A stretch of 64,000 nucleotides of DNA from assembly GCA_024679065.1 (NCBI GenBank), contig JAGIQG010000009.1, positions 67,022,001 to 67,086,000 on the forward strand. Reading direction: 5' to 3'. The notes beneath the pieces were generated by a model. It made no database searches. It was not told the origin of the DNA and saw only the letters and a list, made by a program, of their open reading frames with translations. Shown piece after piece: positions 49,436-63,059 of this stretch. The position numbers and the translations under genes are program-made. Position 1 is the first letter of the stretch. Each line of letters starts with the position of its first letter. Source of the DNA: Sphyrna mokarran. Taxonomy: Eukaryota.

Positions 49436-50999
49436 TGCCGCTCCAACTGATTTCTTCCTTGATCCCTCTTTTGCACTTCCCGACTGTGGCCTACCCATGC
49501 ATCCAGTCTCTCGAGCTGGCTGGTCCACCGGGAGGCGCTCAGTTTTTGGGAAGACAGGTGGAACTCCATTGCCTCCAGTCATACTTCACTGGTAAAATGA
49601 TTGGAAATGGACTTTTAGCTTAGGCACAATAAACTACGATAGGGATAAAGAAAAGGCACTAAATACATAAAATTGATTGGAACAAATGTCAGGCATGATT
49701 TTCCTTGCTTGCTGCAATGGCCAAATAGCATAGTGAGGCGGGAAATGTCAGCAGGAGTCCAAAAATGGGAATCACGACTAGCATCTGGTCAGTCACGACT
49801 TTCCCGGCCATTTGTTTCAATGTATTCAGCCTCATGTTGGGGAACAATTGCAAACCATGATTTGCATCTCTTTAGTGAGCACAGGATGCAATTATCCAGA
49901 CTCAATAATATTCCTGGCACTGCTGGTGAAGGTTCACATTAACTGGAATCACATATGGTTCCCAGCAATGGGGACCAGGCATCATGATAGGACTGGAGGC
50001 CATTAAGGCCCTTGGGAGTTTGGGGGCAGGGCAGTGCCCCTTGAGCAGTGCCAGCCTGGCACTACCAACCTGGTACCCTGGCAGTGCCAGCTTGGCATTG
50101 CCCACTGGGTACCTTGGCACTGCCAGCCTGGCACAGTGGGCTAGACAGAGTGCCAGAAATTTATTTAACTAATCTTGCCTAAATAAAACAGACAGGAAAT
50201 CTTTTTGTTTTCCCACCTGTTATGCGCTTTGTTTATTTTTGGAAAAATCACACCCACACTTTTCCATGAAAAGGTTTTCGCTGCCAGTGTTGGATACAAC
50301 ATTTGTTTTCATTTATCTATTAAAAGAAATTCCAAGTTAAAGGTCACATTAGGATGACCTGAACTCCCAATAGAGAATCTTTGGAAAAGGCAGCAGGCGA
50401 ATGAATTATTCTGCAGTTTGACAATTGCACTGTCACTGAAAACTGCTCTCTTTTGGCTGTTACGTGTTAATGCCCTGAAGAATTGTCAATGAATTTAGCA
50501 CCAAGCTGAACCTTTCAGGGAAAAAAAATCTGGAAAAGAAATCCTGATTAAATCACACTTTTGAATAAAGTCCATCTGAAATGTAGGTTTTACTGCACGG
50601 ATTGCTGATAGCAACTCATGATAACTGTTAGAAACTTTGCATTGTGTCTATGAACATTTAGAAACAGCCTTAGGGCATTTTAAAAAATGAGTTTATATTT
50701 TGCTGCACATTTTTTATGTGAATTAATTCATGTTTTGCTCAGCAATTCTTGTCAGTCTTTTTTTGCCAAAAAATATTTGCATGCCTGAAATATATTTGCT
50801 GAAACCTAGCCCTGCACCATTCTCTACAGCAGCAATAGCCTGGGGAGTCCTCAACACTGAAGTCTCATGGGTTCAAGTCAAACATGAGCAAGCCTCCCTC
50901 CTGTCGATTACCACTGACACCTTACCTCAGCAGATGAATCAGTACCCCTCCATATCGAACACCACTAGAAAGAAGCATTGATGGTGGAAAGGGCACAGA

Positions 51000-51845
51000 A
51001 TGCACCCCAGGTGGACTTCAGTGTCCATCACTGAGAATGGCTTGTTAGTACCCAATACTGACTGAATTAGCAGCGGGTGGTGAGAGAACCAACAAGAGGG
51101 AAAAATTTATGTAACCTTTCTGTTACCAACTATCCATCAACATATTTCCGTCCATTGTGGCACTGGCAGGAGTGACAGCCCCATGGTCCCTGTGAACACA
51201 AAATCCCATGACCAAACAGGAAACACTCCATTGCATTGAGTAGTAAATGAAAATCAAATCTAGCAAATCAAAACCAGGAATCCATGAGGAGCTTTGGGAC
51301 ATCAGCATGAGCAGAATCTGTTAGTTCACAGCCTGCAATATCCCCCACTCTACCATTTCCATCAAGCTAGGTACAACCTTAGTTCAATGAGGAGTAGAAG
51401 AATATGTCAGGATCAGCATCAGAGATACCTGAAATTGATGTGTCAAATTGGTGAAGCTACAACACAGGATTATGAGCATGTTCAACAGCAGTTGTGGCAT
51501 GTTACATATAAAGATAAGTACAAATAGGTCATATCATTTCTCTTGGCAAATCCAGTTGCAAATATAATGGTTGATTAAACTAGTAACAAGAGGAGAAATC
51601 TCTATGAATATTCTCAACTTCAACAAAGGCAGAGACCACATGTGAGTGCCAAATACAAGGCTGAAGGATTGGCAACCATCTTCGGGCTGAATGATCCATC
51701 TTGGTTTCCTCCTAAGGCCCCCACTACCAGAGATATCAGTCTTCAGCCATTCAATTACCTGGGCATGAACACACAAAAGGCTGCAGGCCCTGATAGCATG
51801 GCTGCAGTGCTGGAGATATGTTCTCCAGAACTAGCAGTAGACTTA
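51000..51845 (+). mobile_element. Very degenerate CR1/L2-group ORF2 middle fragment
   Basis: KAEGLATIF and QKAAGPDSMAAVLEICSPELA (pre-RT GPD motif). Confidence 0.6.
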
Positions 51846-52539
51846 GTTCTTTTGCTGTCTCAGAAATGAGTGTACTAAATACTCATTTCACAAGTATGGA
51901 AGTGCCTTATTATCCATTGTAGTCTCGTCTTCCTTGTCTCCTTTTCACTCTGTGACAAACAGCCGCAGCCCATCCGTATACTATAACCACAATTGTTAAC
52001 TATCAGTTAGATATTGGGCTGAGTTAATGTCTGAGAATGATGGAGGTATTTTTATTATAGAATGATCTTGTATTGGAAAAGCATTTCCTCTTTAATTGCA
52101 TCTTAGTCACTGTCGGTTGTCATGTAGCAACATGTCAAAGACGTTTTATAGAGGTCTATCCTTGTAATTTTAAGTCTTGTTATACAGAATGTCTTAATTG
52201 TGTTGCACCAGCATACTGCGTTGGGTAAAGCTTTTATGAGGTACTTTGCAACATATCCTGAGATTGTGAGATCTGCTGTATAAATACACCTTCTTTCTTC
52301 CATGATAACATAAATCATGTTGAAATTCATGTGGATAGCTCCTCTGGCTCCTCCACTTCAAAAAGATTTGCCAAAATTTCTTCTTTAAAGAGTGGCCCTT
52401 TAACAACACAAATCCTTCAAGCCTAGGGGAGACATTAATAAATGTCTTCCACTGTAAAACACAGGGAAATGTAAGGAGAATGCATGTGTTTCCTATGTAT
52501 AAGTAGCAAGAATAACCTGAAATGATAGTCTGATCCATT

Positions 52540-53017
52540 ATTTTATTTGATTTATTATTTGTCACATGTATTAGTATACAGTGAAAAGTATTGTTTCTTG
52601 CGCGCTATACAGACAAAACATACCATTCATTGAGAAGGAAAGGAGGGAGCGCAGAATGTAGTGTTACAGGCGTAACTAGTGTGTAGAGAAAGATCAACTT
52701 AATGCAATGCAAGTCCATTCAAAAGTCTGAAGCAGCAGGGAAGAAGCTGTTCTTGAGTCGGTTGATACCTGACCTCAGACTTTCGTATTTTTTTCCCGAC
52801 AGACGAAGGTGGAAGAAAGAATGCCTGGGGTGCGTAGGGTTCTTAATTATGCTTGCTGCTTTGCCAAAGCAGCAGGAAGTGTAGACAGAGTCAATGGATG
52901 GGAGGCTGGTTTGTGTGATGGATTGGATTACATTCACGACCCTTTGTAGTTTCTTGCACTCTTGCTAGAGCAGGAGCCATACCAAGCTGTGATACAACCA
53001 GAAAAATGCTTTCTATG
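52540..53017 (-). mobile_element. Rex1/Babar 3' end, relatively young
   Basis: SLPSIDSVYTSCCFGKAASIIKNPTHPRHSFFHLRLSGKKYESLRSGINRLKNSFFPAA; CpGs retained. Confidence 0.9.
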
Positions 53018-53999
53018 TTTCCAGAGAGCTGTTGAGTGGGCAATTTTTATAAAAGAAGAATTATTATGAAGGGAGCTTGGGTCTAGATCTTTTCTTCAAA
53101 ATAGTAAAAAAATTGAGATTCTGGAAAGCTTCTTGTGCTGCATAAATTGTATCACCAGCTCCCTTCGCAGACTTGTTTTTGGACTTTTCAAATCCCAGAG
53201 GATGAAGAACCTGGAAGAATTTCAGAATCTGGGATGGGATATGGAAAAAGATGTTAAAAGGAACACAACTCTAAGTCTTACAACATATTCCCCTTGTAAA
53301 AACTGTTATTCTGACTTCTATTTCTGACAATACCCATATTTTCAGCAGGGGACTTTGATGGGAGAGAGGATTGGAGGGAAAGGGATGCCGTGCTTTTTAA
53401 AAAGAAATGTAATCAGTCTGATACGAAGCCCGAACTGGCCAGCTGCCTTGTCCCAAATTGCCAGTCCAACTGCTTCTTTCAAATCCCCTCATTTTATTGT
53501 GACCTCTGGAACCTGTCAAATATTTCCATTTTCCCTTCCATCACTGTGTTTTTAAATTTTTTTATCTAGTTTTTTTCAAGCTTTTTATATGCCAACCAAA
53601 TAGAAAGAAATTTGCGTGGGCAGTCATTTTCAGAATGTTGGACTGACATTGAAAAATACTTTGTCTGTGAGGGAACTATAACGATTTTGCGTAACTAGAA
53701 ACATGAGCATTGCAATGGGGTACACGTTCCTTTTTAAAAATATAGAAAAATCCTTTGATAGCATTATTGTTGCAAAACAAAATGCACGTGTTAAACTTTT
53801 AATACAGTTAATTGATATGATGAGCATGAGAAAATGTACGCTTACTGAATTATATTTTTATACAATGCTGGTCATTTTGAGAGACTTTCTAGGACCACAG
53901 GGAGAATTACAATAAGATGAATTCTCCAAGCCTTTCTTGGCACTAGCAACACTGCATTAGCTGCAGAGTCTTACAATATTATTCCTTGTATTTATTTAT

Positions 54000-54280
54000 A
54001 TCATAGAATTCCTATATGCAGAAGGAGGGCATTTAGCCCATTGCACCAGCACCGATGACAATTTGACCCAGGTCCTATCCCCGTAACCCCACGTATTTCT
54101 GCTGCTAGTCCCCTGACACTATTAGGCAATTTATCATGGCCAAGCAACATAACCTGCACATCTTGGGAGCGTGGGAGGAAACCAGTGGGAGAATGTGCAA
54201 ACTTCATCCAGTCACCCAAGGTTGGAGTTGCACCTGGGTTCTTGGCACTTTGAGGCAACAGTTCTAACCATTGTGCCACT
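54000..54280 (-). mobile_element. HE1-type V-SINE
   Basis: TCATAGAATTCCTATATGCAGAAGGAGG reverse tail; CTAACCATTGTGCCAC reverse head. Confidence 0.8.
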
Positions 54281-55339
54281 GTAATCCTGTCAGTCCAATT
54301 CTCATCTGTTTCTGCAACATTTTCTCTTATTTTTCTGGTAAGTAGAAAAGCCATGTTGAACATTTTCCACCAATTTATTTACAATCTTGGTAGTGCATTT
54401 TTGAAGAAATTTGCCTCCTAAAAAAACCAGTTCAAAACCAATCAGTGATGTTACTTATTGACTGTGATGGTCAAATGTGTAGCGGTTGCCAAACATTAAA
54501 TGGGTGATAGGATTTTTCAGTCACAAATACTCACAGATCAATTGTGACACTCAACAAACAGACACATTTGCTGGATTTTCAGGTTCTCAAAATTGGGAGT
54601 GAAGGAGAGGGTAGCAAAAATACTAGTGCCAGATGGTGTGACAGTTGCAAGACACCAATCCTGGCATCAACAAAAGCCATCAGAATAAGCGGCAAAGGCA
54701 AAACAAGAATTCCATTCTCCTTCCATCTGACGGCAATTAAAAATTGTTAAAGCCTCATTAAGAGAAATTAAATGGAGATAATGGAGGCAAGATGCATGGC
54801 ATGAAATGTCCTTACAGCACTGCTTGTGGGCCAAGAGGAAGAAGGAGTGTTTTCTTGCAATACAGTATCATCCCAATGCAATTGGCAAATGTTTGACACA
54901 AATGGCAGTATCCAAATTTCACTTCCTTACATTGTCTAACTCCCTCAATCTCCTCCGCCAATGATATCCCACTCACTCTCCTATCCCAATCCCTGAGTAA
55001 ATATCAGAAATTCAGTAAACTCAGTGCTAATAATGATGATGTTTTTCAGTAATGCTGCTCCCACAAATCAATCCTAATCGTGCCACTGTTCAGAAATGAA
55101 CTAATAGTGTTCATTTAGTGTGCATCCTGTGGGTTACTAGTGACCAGAAGCTGAACTGGATTAGCCATATAAATATTATCACTACAAATGCAGGTCAGGG
55201 ACTAGGGGCTAGATTCTCCAAACTTGCCTGCAGTTGGGATTCTTCAGTCCTGCTTTTGTAAACAGAGATTTGGCTGAATGCCAAATTCTCTATTCTTGCT
55301 GGCAATAGCGGAAGGGTGTGAATGGCTGTATGAAGCGTA

Positions 55340-55890
55340 TCACACCTCATGACTTCTCAAAGCCTGTTCACAATCTTCAAGGCCCAAGTCAGGAATGTAA
55401 TGGAATACTCTCCACCTGCTTATATTAGTGCAGCTCCAACAACACTTAAGAAGCAAGATACCATCTCAGACAAAACAATTCAAATGACTGGCATCCCCAC
55501 CACAAATATTTAGTCCCTCCATCACTGACATACAGTGGGACCAGTGTATCATTTACAAAATGCACTGCAGGAACTCACCAAGGGTTCCTTAGACTGCATT
55601 TTCTAAACAATGACCACTACCATCAAGAAGGACAAGAGCAGCAGAAACAGAGAACCCCATCATCTAGAAATTCCCCTCTAAGCAACTCACCATCCTGACT
55701 TGGAAATATATTGCCATTCCTTCACTATCACTGAGTCAAAATCCTGGAACTTCCTCCCTGACAGCACTGTGGATGTACCCACAGCACAGGGACCTGCAGA
55801 AGTTCAGAAAGGCAGCTCACAACCACTTCTCAAGAGCAATAACACTGAACTATAACTGTTGGCTTAGCCAGCAATGCCTGCATCTTGTTC
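55340..55890 (+). mobile_element. CR1/L2-group LINE 3' end (family of 8135-8645)
   Basis: AAGGCCCAAGTCAGGAATGTAATGGAATACTCTCC (KAQVRNVMEYSP); CCTGACTTGGAAATATATTGCC. Confidence 0.8.
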
Positions 55891-57559
55891 ATGAGTAACA
55901 CAAACATTTGGAATATCAGTAGGCTGCAATTGGTAACATTCATAGAGACAACTTACAGCATGTTTTTTGATTCAACTGAACAGAGACCAGAAGAAAGTGA
56001 ATGGTGTCCATCAACACCTGTACCATTGAAGCCCTTCTGGCAGATTAGAGCCCTCTCTGATGTCTGACTAGATTCAAGAAGAGCCTCTGGCCACCTCCGT
56101 CTGAGCTTGATGGCATGGCTCAGAAGCCAATAGCCTAGCAAGCAGACTCACTGTAATTCTGTCAGACATTGGCAATATAAGGCGCTTCTGTATACACTGA
56201 GCACACAATCATGTTGCAATTTAAGTAAAGTCAAACATCTTCTGTTTCCTTTCACCATTGCCAAACTTCATTGTACTGGTGTTAATTATTATTAGAATAA
56301 AGACTACCCATCAACATTTCACAATCGGTAAGAATTGAATTGGGATTTGAAAACAGGGCTGTCACATAATATTAGAATTGCAGCATATTTGGAGGTTAAA
56401 CACCAAGGCAGACAGTTTGGACTGAATGGCCTGTTTCCATACTAAAATTGCAAAAGAATTAAATGCGATCAAAGCTCCTTATTTTTCTGCTGCTGGCTAA
56501 TAGCATCATTTACACTGGAGTACTGCCACAATAATAAGATATACTTTAACACAGCCCTCACTACCTCCCACTCTTCACATGTAATATCTGCAGTACCAAA
56601 TCCCATAGACATCCAGATGCAAATGTTTTGGCTTTCGGGATGTGTCTAATGCCACTGATACTTCCGACAAGAGAAACAAGTGGAAAATATGGTGAAACAA
56701 TTGATACTTCAATAAAGACTAAGAGAGCTTTTTCCCTCTGTTTTTGTTACTTAAATATTTAATAAAAGTGGTAAATGCTGGAAAGAATACAATTCGATTA
56801 TACTTTTTAATGCAGTGCTGCCAGATTTTACACACCTCAGACTCAGCTGCTGGTCGCAGTAATGAAACCAAATGTTTGGCAAGACACCATGAAAGGAATT
56901 GTTCCCTTCAAATGTGCAAGTCTGTCTCTAAATCTGATGGGCCAGGCCCAAGCTTGAGAAATTTCTGAACCTACCCCAGTCTAGCCCAGATCAACCTCAT
57001 TTGTAAATCATACAGTCTAGCAGTGACTGCTTGCGATACCAAAACATACTTTGCATGTTCATTGTACATTCTTCTGCTCTGTACAATGAGAGGAATTACT
57101 TCTTTAAAAATATGTAATGTCTTCCCTTAAAACAATAGACAGATGTGAAGAATTCTGCTTTGGATACCATGAAGAAGGCTTCATAATCTTGAGTATATTA
57201 ACAGCACGTTTACAGTAACAAATCATAACCACACACACACACATACACATATATATTTATATAGTAGAGGTTCAGGTATGGTCTTTATATATTTCTGTCT
57301 ATCCTACACTTGATCTGGGTCAATGTATCTTGTTACATCATGGTGTAGGTGATACTGTACTCAGTGCCACAATAACCCCATATGCAGCAGACCTTCTATT
57401 ACAAGAAGAATGTGGTGTGAATACATTAAACACAAATAATTATTTCAAGCTTCTAAGACCAATTTAACAGGAACCCATTCTTTTATCCATTTACCAGAGT
57501 TATCTGACTGATTGATGGGAATTATTTGAAAAAGATAAGAAGTCTTACATTATTTGTAT

Positions 57560-57780
57560 AGACATAAGCATATTTGGTGTTCAGTGACGTTGGTTGGGGC
57601 ATAGGAAAATTCATCTGCTCTTTTTCTAAATAATGCCATGGCTGTCCAAATGTAAGACCAGAGAGGGTCTCAGTTTCTGAACTCTCCTCACACTGCCAAC
57701 AGTGCAGTACTCCCTCTGTACTCTCCTGTAGATTTTGTATCTGCAACCTTCTGATACAGAGAGTGCTACCACTGTTGACA
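57560..57780 (-). mobile_element. Deu-SINE fragment
   Basis: ACAGTGCAGTACTCCCTCTGTACT is the reverse Deu core. Confidence 0.55.
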
Positions 57781-58492
57781 CTAATTGTTAGCTTTGCAGT
57801 GACCTTACTAACCTATTGACAAGATGTCTGTCAAGTCAAATCATCTCACATGTAAGATTTACATTAAGTGTTCCAAGGATTAATACTTTCTTAGGTGGAG
57901 CAAGCATCTGACAGATCCCCTTAAACTGGCAACTCCCTAAATCGGTGGTTACTCTCCAATCAAAGTCATGTTACAGTACAGTGATAGTTACACAGGCCCA
58001 GACAACACAAAGAAGGCCATATGGCCCATTGTGCCTGTGCCCGCTCTGTGAAAGAGCTACCCTATTAGCTCCGCTCCAATGCTATTCCTCTATAGTGCTA
58101 TAACTGTCTTCCCCTCAGACATGTGTCAGATTTCCCCTTACTGCTGAATCTACTTCCAGATTGCAACAACCTGGAACAGGATACAAAAAACAAAACTCTC
58201 CTCCATTCCTCCTGGCCACGAGCATAATTCTGTGTTCTTTCATTATCAACCCTTCTGCCAATGGAACTTATATTTGATAAAAAATATTAAGTTGGCGATG
58301 TTAATCAGTAATATTTTTCTTCCCCCAGAAGGAGAGTTTAAGTTTGTGCTGCATGAGCGTGCATCATTTAATTTGCCACAGCAGCTGTCCCCACAATTTA
58401 TAGCGACCTGTTTGATAGTTCTGAGAAATAACCCACCAGAAGGTTTTTCGCAAATACAAGCAGTAAAGAAATTTGAATCTAAATATACCAAT

Positions 58493-58662
58493 TCCAAAGA
58501 TATGCAGATTAGGTTGATTGGTCATGCTAAATTGACCCTAGTGTCGGGGGATTAGTAGGCTAAATTTGTGGGGTTACGAGGCTCGGGCTTGGGTGGGATT
58601 GTGGTCAGTGCAGACTTGATGGGCCGAATGGCCTCCTTCTCTACTGTAGGGATTCTATGAAT
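58493..58662 (+). mobile_element. HE1-type V-SINE 3' half
   Basis: TCCAAAGATATGCAGATTAGGTTGATTGG...GGGCCGAATGGCCTCCTTCTCTACTGTAGGGATTCTATGA. Confidence 0.85.
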
Positions 58663-58789
58663 CTAATATGAGCAGAAGTCTTGCAATAGCCACTTTCCTT
58701 ACCAGTAAATTATGAGGAAGAGAAGAGCCAAGAGCTGGGGGGATGTCAAAAAAATACATTACTTTTCTCACATTAAAAAAGGATTTTGT

Positions 58790-59400
58790 ACATCCGCATC
58801 TCTTGCTATTTTGTTGGAATCCTCGATGTGTCTTTTATTCATGAGACACTCTTGTAAATAACTCTGCCATTTCAATCAGCGTGCGGTATATCGTGCAGAG
58901 ATGACTGAGCATTATTAATAACATCTGGATTTACTGGCATCATTCTTTTTTTAACATCAGACGGAAAGCTGAGTTTCCCCTTGGATCGCTCTCTCTCTCT
59001 TTCTTTGCATGGACGATTGCACATACTGAATCTGGAAAAAGATGGGGCAAAGAGGCTGTAAATCTGTGTGTCTCAGAGAGCAAGTGTGGACACTAGACAC
59101 AGTTACAATTGTTGCACACATTCTGCATGGTGTGAGCAGTTGATACTGTGATCGCTGGTCCGTTTTACTTTATAACCTGAAAAGGGCTTTCTTCTCGGTG
59201 TTTGAAAACTTTTCACCTAGCCGCTCTCTACAAATATCCCGTTTAAACTTCATAATCCTGATAGAAAGCGCAGACTTCATCGAATCTGAGCCAAGTGCGT
59301 TCAGTGCCGCAGGCGTGACCTGGTTGCATGAGTATCTGCCTCCCCGACTTCATTGGACAAAAGTGGCGGATGGGAAACATAAATTATGTTAATCTGCTGT
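58790..59400. promoter_or_regulatory. Non-repeat CpG-retaining patch, candidate unmethylated promoter or enhancer
   Basis: I count 20 CpG in ~600 bp, far denser than neighbouring unique DNA; no repeat recognised. Confidence 0.35.
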
Positions 59401-59811
59401 TTTGTACAAAACCCAAGATGTTACTTGCTCTTTTCCAGAGCTGGACTCTCGGGCACCAGGAGCTGGACTCTGGATGCAATGTGAAACATTAAGTCTATGA
59501 AGGAAAGTGTAACTGATTGGAGATTTTGCATGTGTATGAAAGGCTTGTGGAGGAAAGTTAGGATTATTGGAAGATTATTTCTTCAGTCGGCTCAGGTATG
59601 TGAATCACAGAACAAGATTTGTTTAATTTGTCTTTGCTGGATTTTGGCTCCAATTTACCTCTATTTAATTCTTTCCTGTCTCCTTTTTTTGCTGTCTTAT
59701 TTTCGGTGAACAGGCATCCAGTTTTACAGTGGGTTATTTAACCCTTTTAGATCTGTGTGCTTCATGAACTGCACACTTGCTGCACTTTTAATCTGTACAA
59801 TTGCAAATTGC

Positions 59812-60028
59812 CACAGCTCCAGATGACCATAGGTTGCTCTCCTCTTTTGAGGGGGAGAGGTGACTGGTGGTGATTTAACCTATGGATCACCACACCTCAG
59901 GCAGGAGGCAAGACAGAGAAGATGGGACTTAATGATAACCTCAGCCTGTTTGGGATTTGAACCCGCACTGTTGGCATTGTCCTATATCACTGGACAGCCA
60001 TCCAGACAATCAAGCTAACTGACCCCCA
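59812..60028 (-). mobile_element. tRNA-derived SINE
   Basis: Reverse head AGCTAACTGACCCC and B box GGGATTTGAACCCGC. Confidence 0.7.
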
Positions 60029-60164
60029 TCTGTACAATTACTAGCTAAAAAAGTGTGACTGGCAGTAGATAGGAAGCACAAATGAAGTGAAATAACTAAA
60101 GTAAACTTTATTCATAAAATATCTCAAAGAAAACATTGCCACTGTGCCGCCTCTATGTCTCGCG

Positions 60165-60497
60165 TAGTGGTTAACACTGCTGCCTCACAGCACCAGAGAG
60201 TGGGTTCAATTCCAGCTTTGAGTGATTGTCTGTGTGGAGTTTGCATGTTCTCCCTGTGTCTGTGTGGATTTCCTCCTGGTGCTCAAATTTCCTCCCGCAG
60301 TCCAAAGATGTGCAGATTAGATGGATTAGACTTGCTAACTTGCCCCTTACTATCCTGAGATGTATAGGTTAGATGGATTAGCCATTAGAAATATGTGGGA
60401 TTATGGGGATAGGGAAGGGGAAAAGGATACTCTATCAGAGAGTTGGTACAGACTTGATGGACTGAATGGCCTCTTCTGCACAGTAGGCATTCTATGA
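60165..60497 (+). mobile_element. HE1-type V-SINE
   Basis: GTGGTTAACACTGCTGCCTCACAG...GGGTTCAATTCC; tail GAATGGCCTCTTCTGCACAGTAGGCATTCTATGA. Confidence 0.85.
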
Positions 60498-61049
60498 TTT
60501 TAAACAATCATAACAGGAAAGCACTTCAATATTCGCATTTTCCACAAAGATCAAAATGGATTCTGAGGTTCTTCAATACAGAGATGAAAACATTACAAAC
60601 GTTTCAATATTTTTGTCACAGTATAATGTTCAAATTATATACATGGGCCAACACAGTTGTATTTATTACATACAATCAAGAATAATCTTGTGTTTGGAGG
60701 AGTCAACACCAGTCCTTGGTGTACATTGAAAGACCTCCCACAATAGTGTTTTCCCCATTGCTCCTTGGGAGTGTCTGCCCCAAGTTTGAGTCCCTCAGCA
60801 TATAGTCCTACTTTTTGTTTCAAATGTTCCTCATGTTTCTCTGGCTACTAGTGACTGCTGGTTGATTGAAATTTATTTGAGTCCCTTCTCTCAGCACTTT
60901 CAATTCATGCTAACATTTCATTGAGATTTTTTTTTCTGCCTGTTTGTTCTCAGATTCATTCCTTTCACCTTCTCCATTCTTTAAGTTAAGAACTATAAAG
61001 AAGAAAAGTTGTTAATAGCTGATGGAAGATATAGTTTAGAGCCAAAATC

Positions 61050-62087
61050 CAGAAGCAAAATACTGCAGCTGCTGGAAATCTGAAATAAAAGTTAAATGCT
61101 GTAAATATTCAGCCGTGCTAATAAACGGTTAGTAGGCAGAACTTCCAAACCCCACCTCCACCCCATCTCATAGTAGCAGGTTGGAGGTTGGTGGCAGGGG
61201 GAGGGGAGAAAAAAATTGGGGACCCATGTCAAGATGGCTTCCCAAACACATTCCCACTACCAGAGAATTTTCCCAGGACCAGTCAGGAACGTGGTTTTGC
61301 TTCCTGGAACATGGAAAGTGTGTGTGGGGGGGTTGCTGGCGGCATCGGGAGGGCAACTTATATGCTAAGATTCCAGTAGGAGTGATTCTCAAGTCTTGGT
61401 GGCATTTTGCCAGTGGCTGAGCTTCCGCCAGCCCTAGGTAGAGGCTGCCAGCCTCATGGACACCCCCTTGCAGGGGAACCATCAGAGATGGAGGTTTGTT
61501 CCCCAAAAGAGGGGATAGTGGACATAAAAGTCCACCCTCCCCACCACCATTCCAAGGGACCTCTTGCCTTCCCCACTCTGAAATCATGATTTATTTTTAT
61601 ACCACCAAGAATGCCCCAAGTTGAGATGTTCTTAAAGTCTCCTACCTCTCTCAGCAATGCCCTCATCTCCTAGCTTGTTGAGCTAGAGGCCCTGTGAGCC
61701 TGTAGCATTGAGGGCCAATTTGCCATTCTTAATAAGACAGCTAGAGCAGGGCAACCAATTAGGAGGCTACTTCTGGCAAGAGAATTGAGCCATTCCTGCT
61801 TCTAGTAAGTGTGGGCTCATGACCTTTATTTAGTTTCATAAGAAATCTTATACCAGGTTAAAGTCCAATAGGTTTATTTGGTATCACGAGCTTTTGGAGC
61901 TCTGCTCCTTCATCTATTGAGTTTATTTAGTTTTGATATTAGTGGCCCAACCCCTGCCCAATGTGCCAGTCTAATGACTATTACTGGAACTTGAAACTGG
62001 TTCTGACAAATGGTTATCAAGCTGACACGCTGACTCTGTTTATTTCTCCACAGATAATGTCAGACCTCCTGAGTATCTCCAAACATG
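61050..62087. mobile_element. Nested relics: Penelope-like terminus halves (61050-61115, 62000-62087) around a MITE (~61135-61960) that holds another Penelope terminus (61843-61915)
   Basis: GCAAAATACTGCAGCTGCTGGAAATCTGAAA; CCAGGTTAAAGTCCAATAGGTTTATTTGG; TTTCTCCACAGATAATGTCAGACC. Confidence 0.55.
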
Positions 62088-63059
62088 AAATCCAACTTGT
62101 TCCCACCTTTGCACCTCTCCCCTCAAGAATTGGCACTGAGGGGGTTACCAATGCCTCAAGAACGTTAACTGTGCAGGAATGAATGCACAAGTTGGAAACC
62201 ATTAAAACACATTTTTAATAATATTGTTCAAATAATAATCTTTAGGATTGTAACCATCTGACTATTTGACTATTAAGCATAAGGGACAATATTCCCACAA
62301 TCTTTTCAGTGTCAACCATTTAAATATTCAGAAAATCATTATAGAGGTCACTGCCTGTACATATTAGACACAACTGCAAATTGCATAGTACAATCCTACC
62401 ATTAATGCAGCAAACTGTGCATCATCATACATATTCTGACTTCACATTAAATAGATTATGTAACCTTTCTTTCTCAAAATCTCCACGGAGTAAATAAGAA
62501 TGGTTTAATTGGATGCAATCATCTTCTACTATCCTTAATAATATCCCTAAACATTAACTTAATACGAGTAGAAGTTTGCTCCGATTAAACATTGGGAAGC
62601 CTGAAGCCCTTGTGCTGAGTTCTCACCACAAATTATATTCCCTAACCACGGACTCCATCCTTCACACTGGCTACTGTCTGAGACTGAACCAGACTGTTAA
62701 TGGCCTTCATCATGGACAGTCCAGCCTTCTAATCTAGGACTCCTTCTAGTCAACCTCAAAGACCATCTGCCCTCTTCTCCACTGAAAGCCAGCAACCCAG
62801 TCATGCTGCTTCCACTGGGATAGAGCGAAGACAGTCAGATTTATACAGCAAATGGGCACAAAGGATTGCAATAAGGGTGATTAGTTTAATTTTCATATTG
62901 GATTGTGCATTTCAGGTAGCTTTTAATGTGACATAGAGGCTGTAGTGGTTGTCATTAACAGTAGGAAGGTAAGGAAATGTGACTGTTGGATTGAAAAATT
63001 GGGGTTGAAGTTGAAGATAAAGCAGATAAATGAGTTCTTCACATTGAGCCTGGGCAGAA

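Noticed and set aside
50030-50155. Array of GGCAGTGCC/GGCACTGCC palindromes as a binding-site cluster
   Set aside because: This is typical internal repetition of Harbinger-type MITEs; similar motifs occur in the MITEs near 4010 and 25620.
59587-59595. 9-nt microexon TCGGCTCAG
   Set aside because: The pyrimidine tract is short with no nearby upstream UGC motif; the donor fits the 157-nt candidate better.
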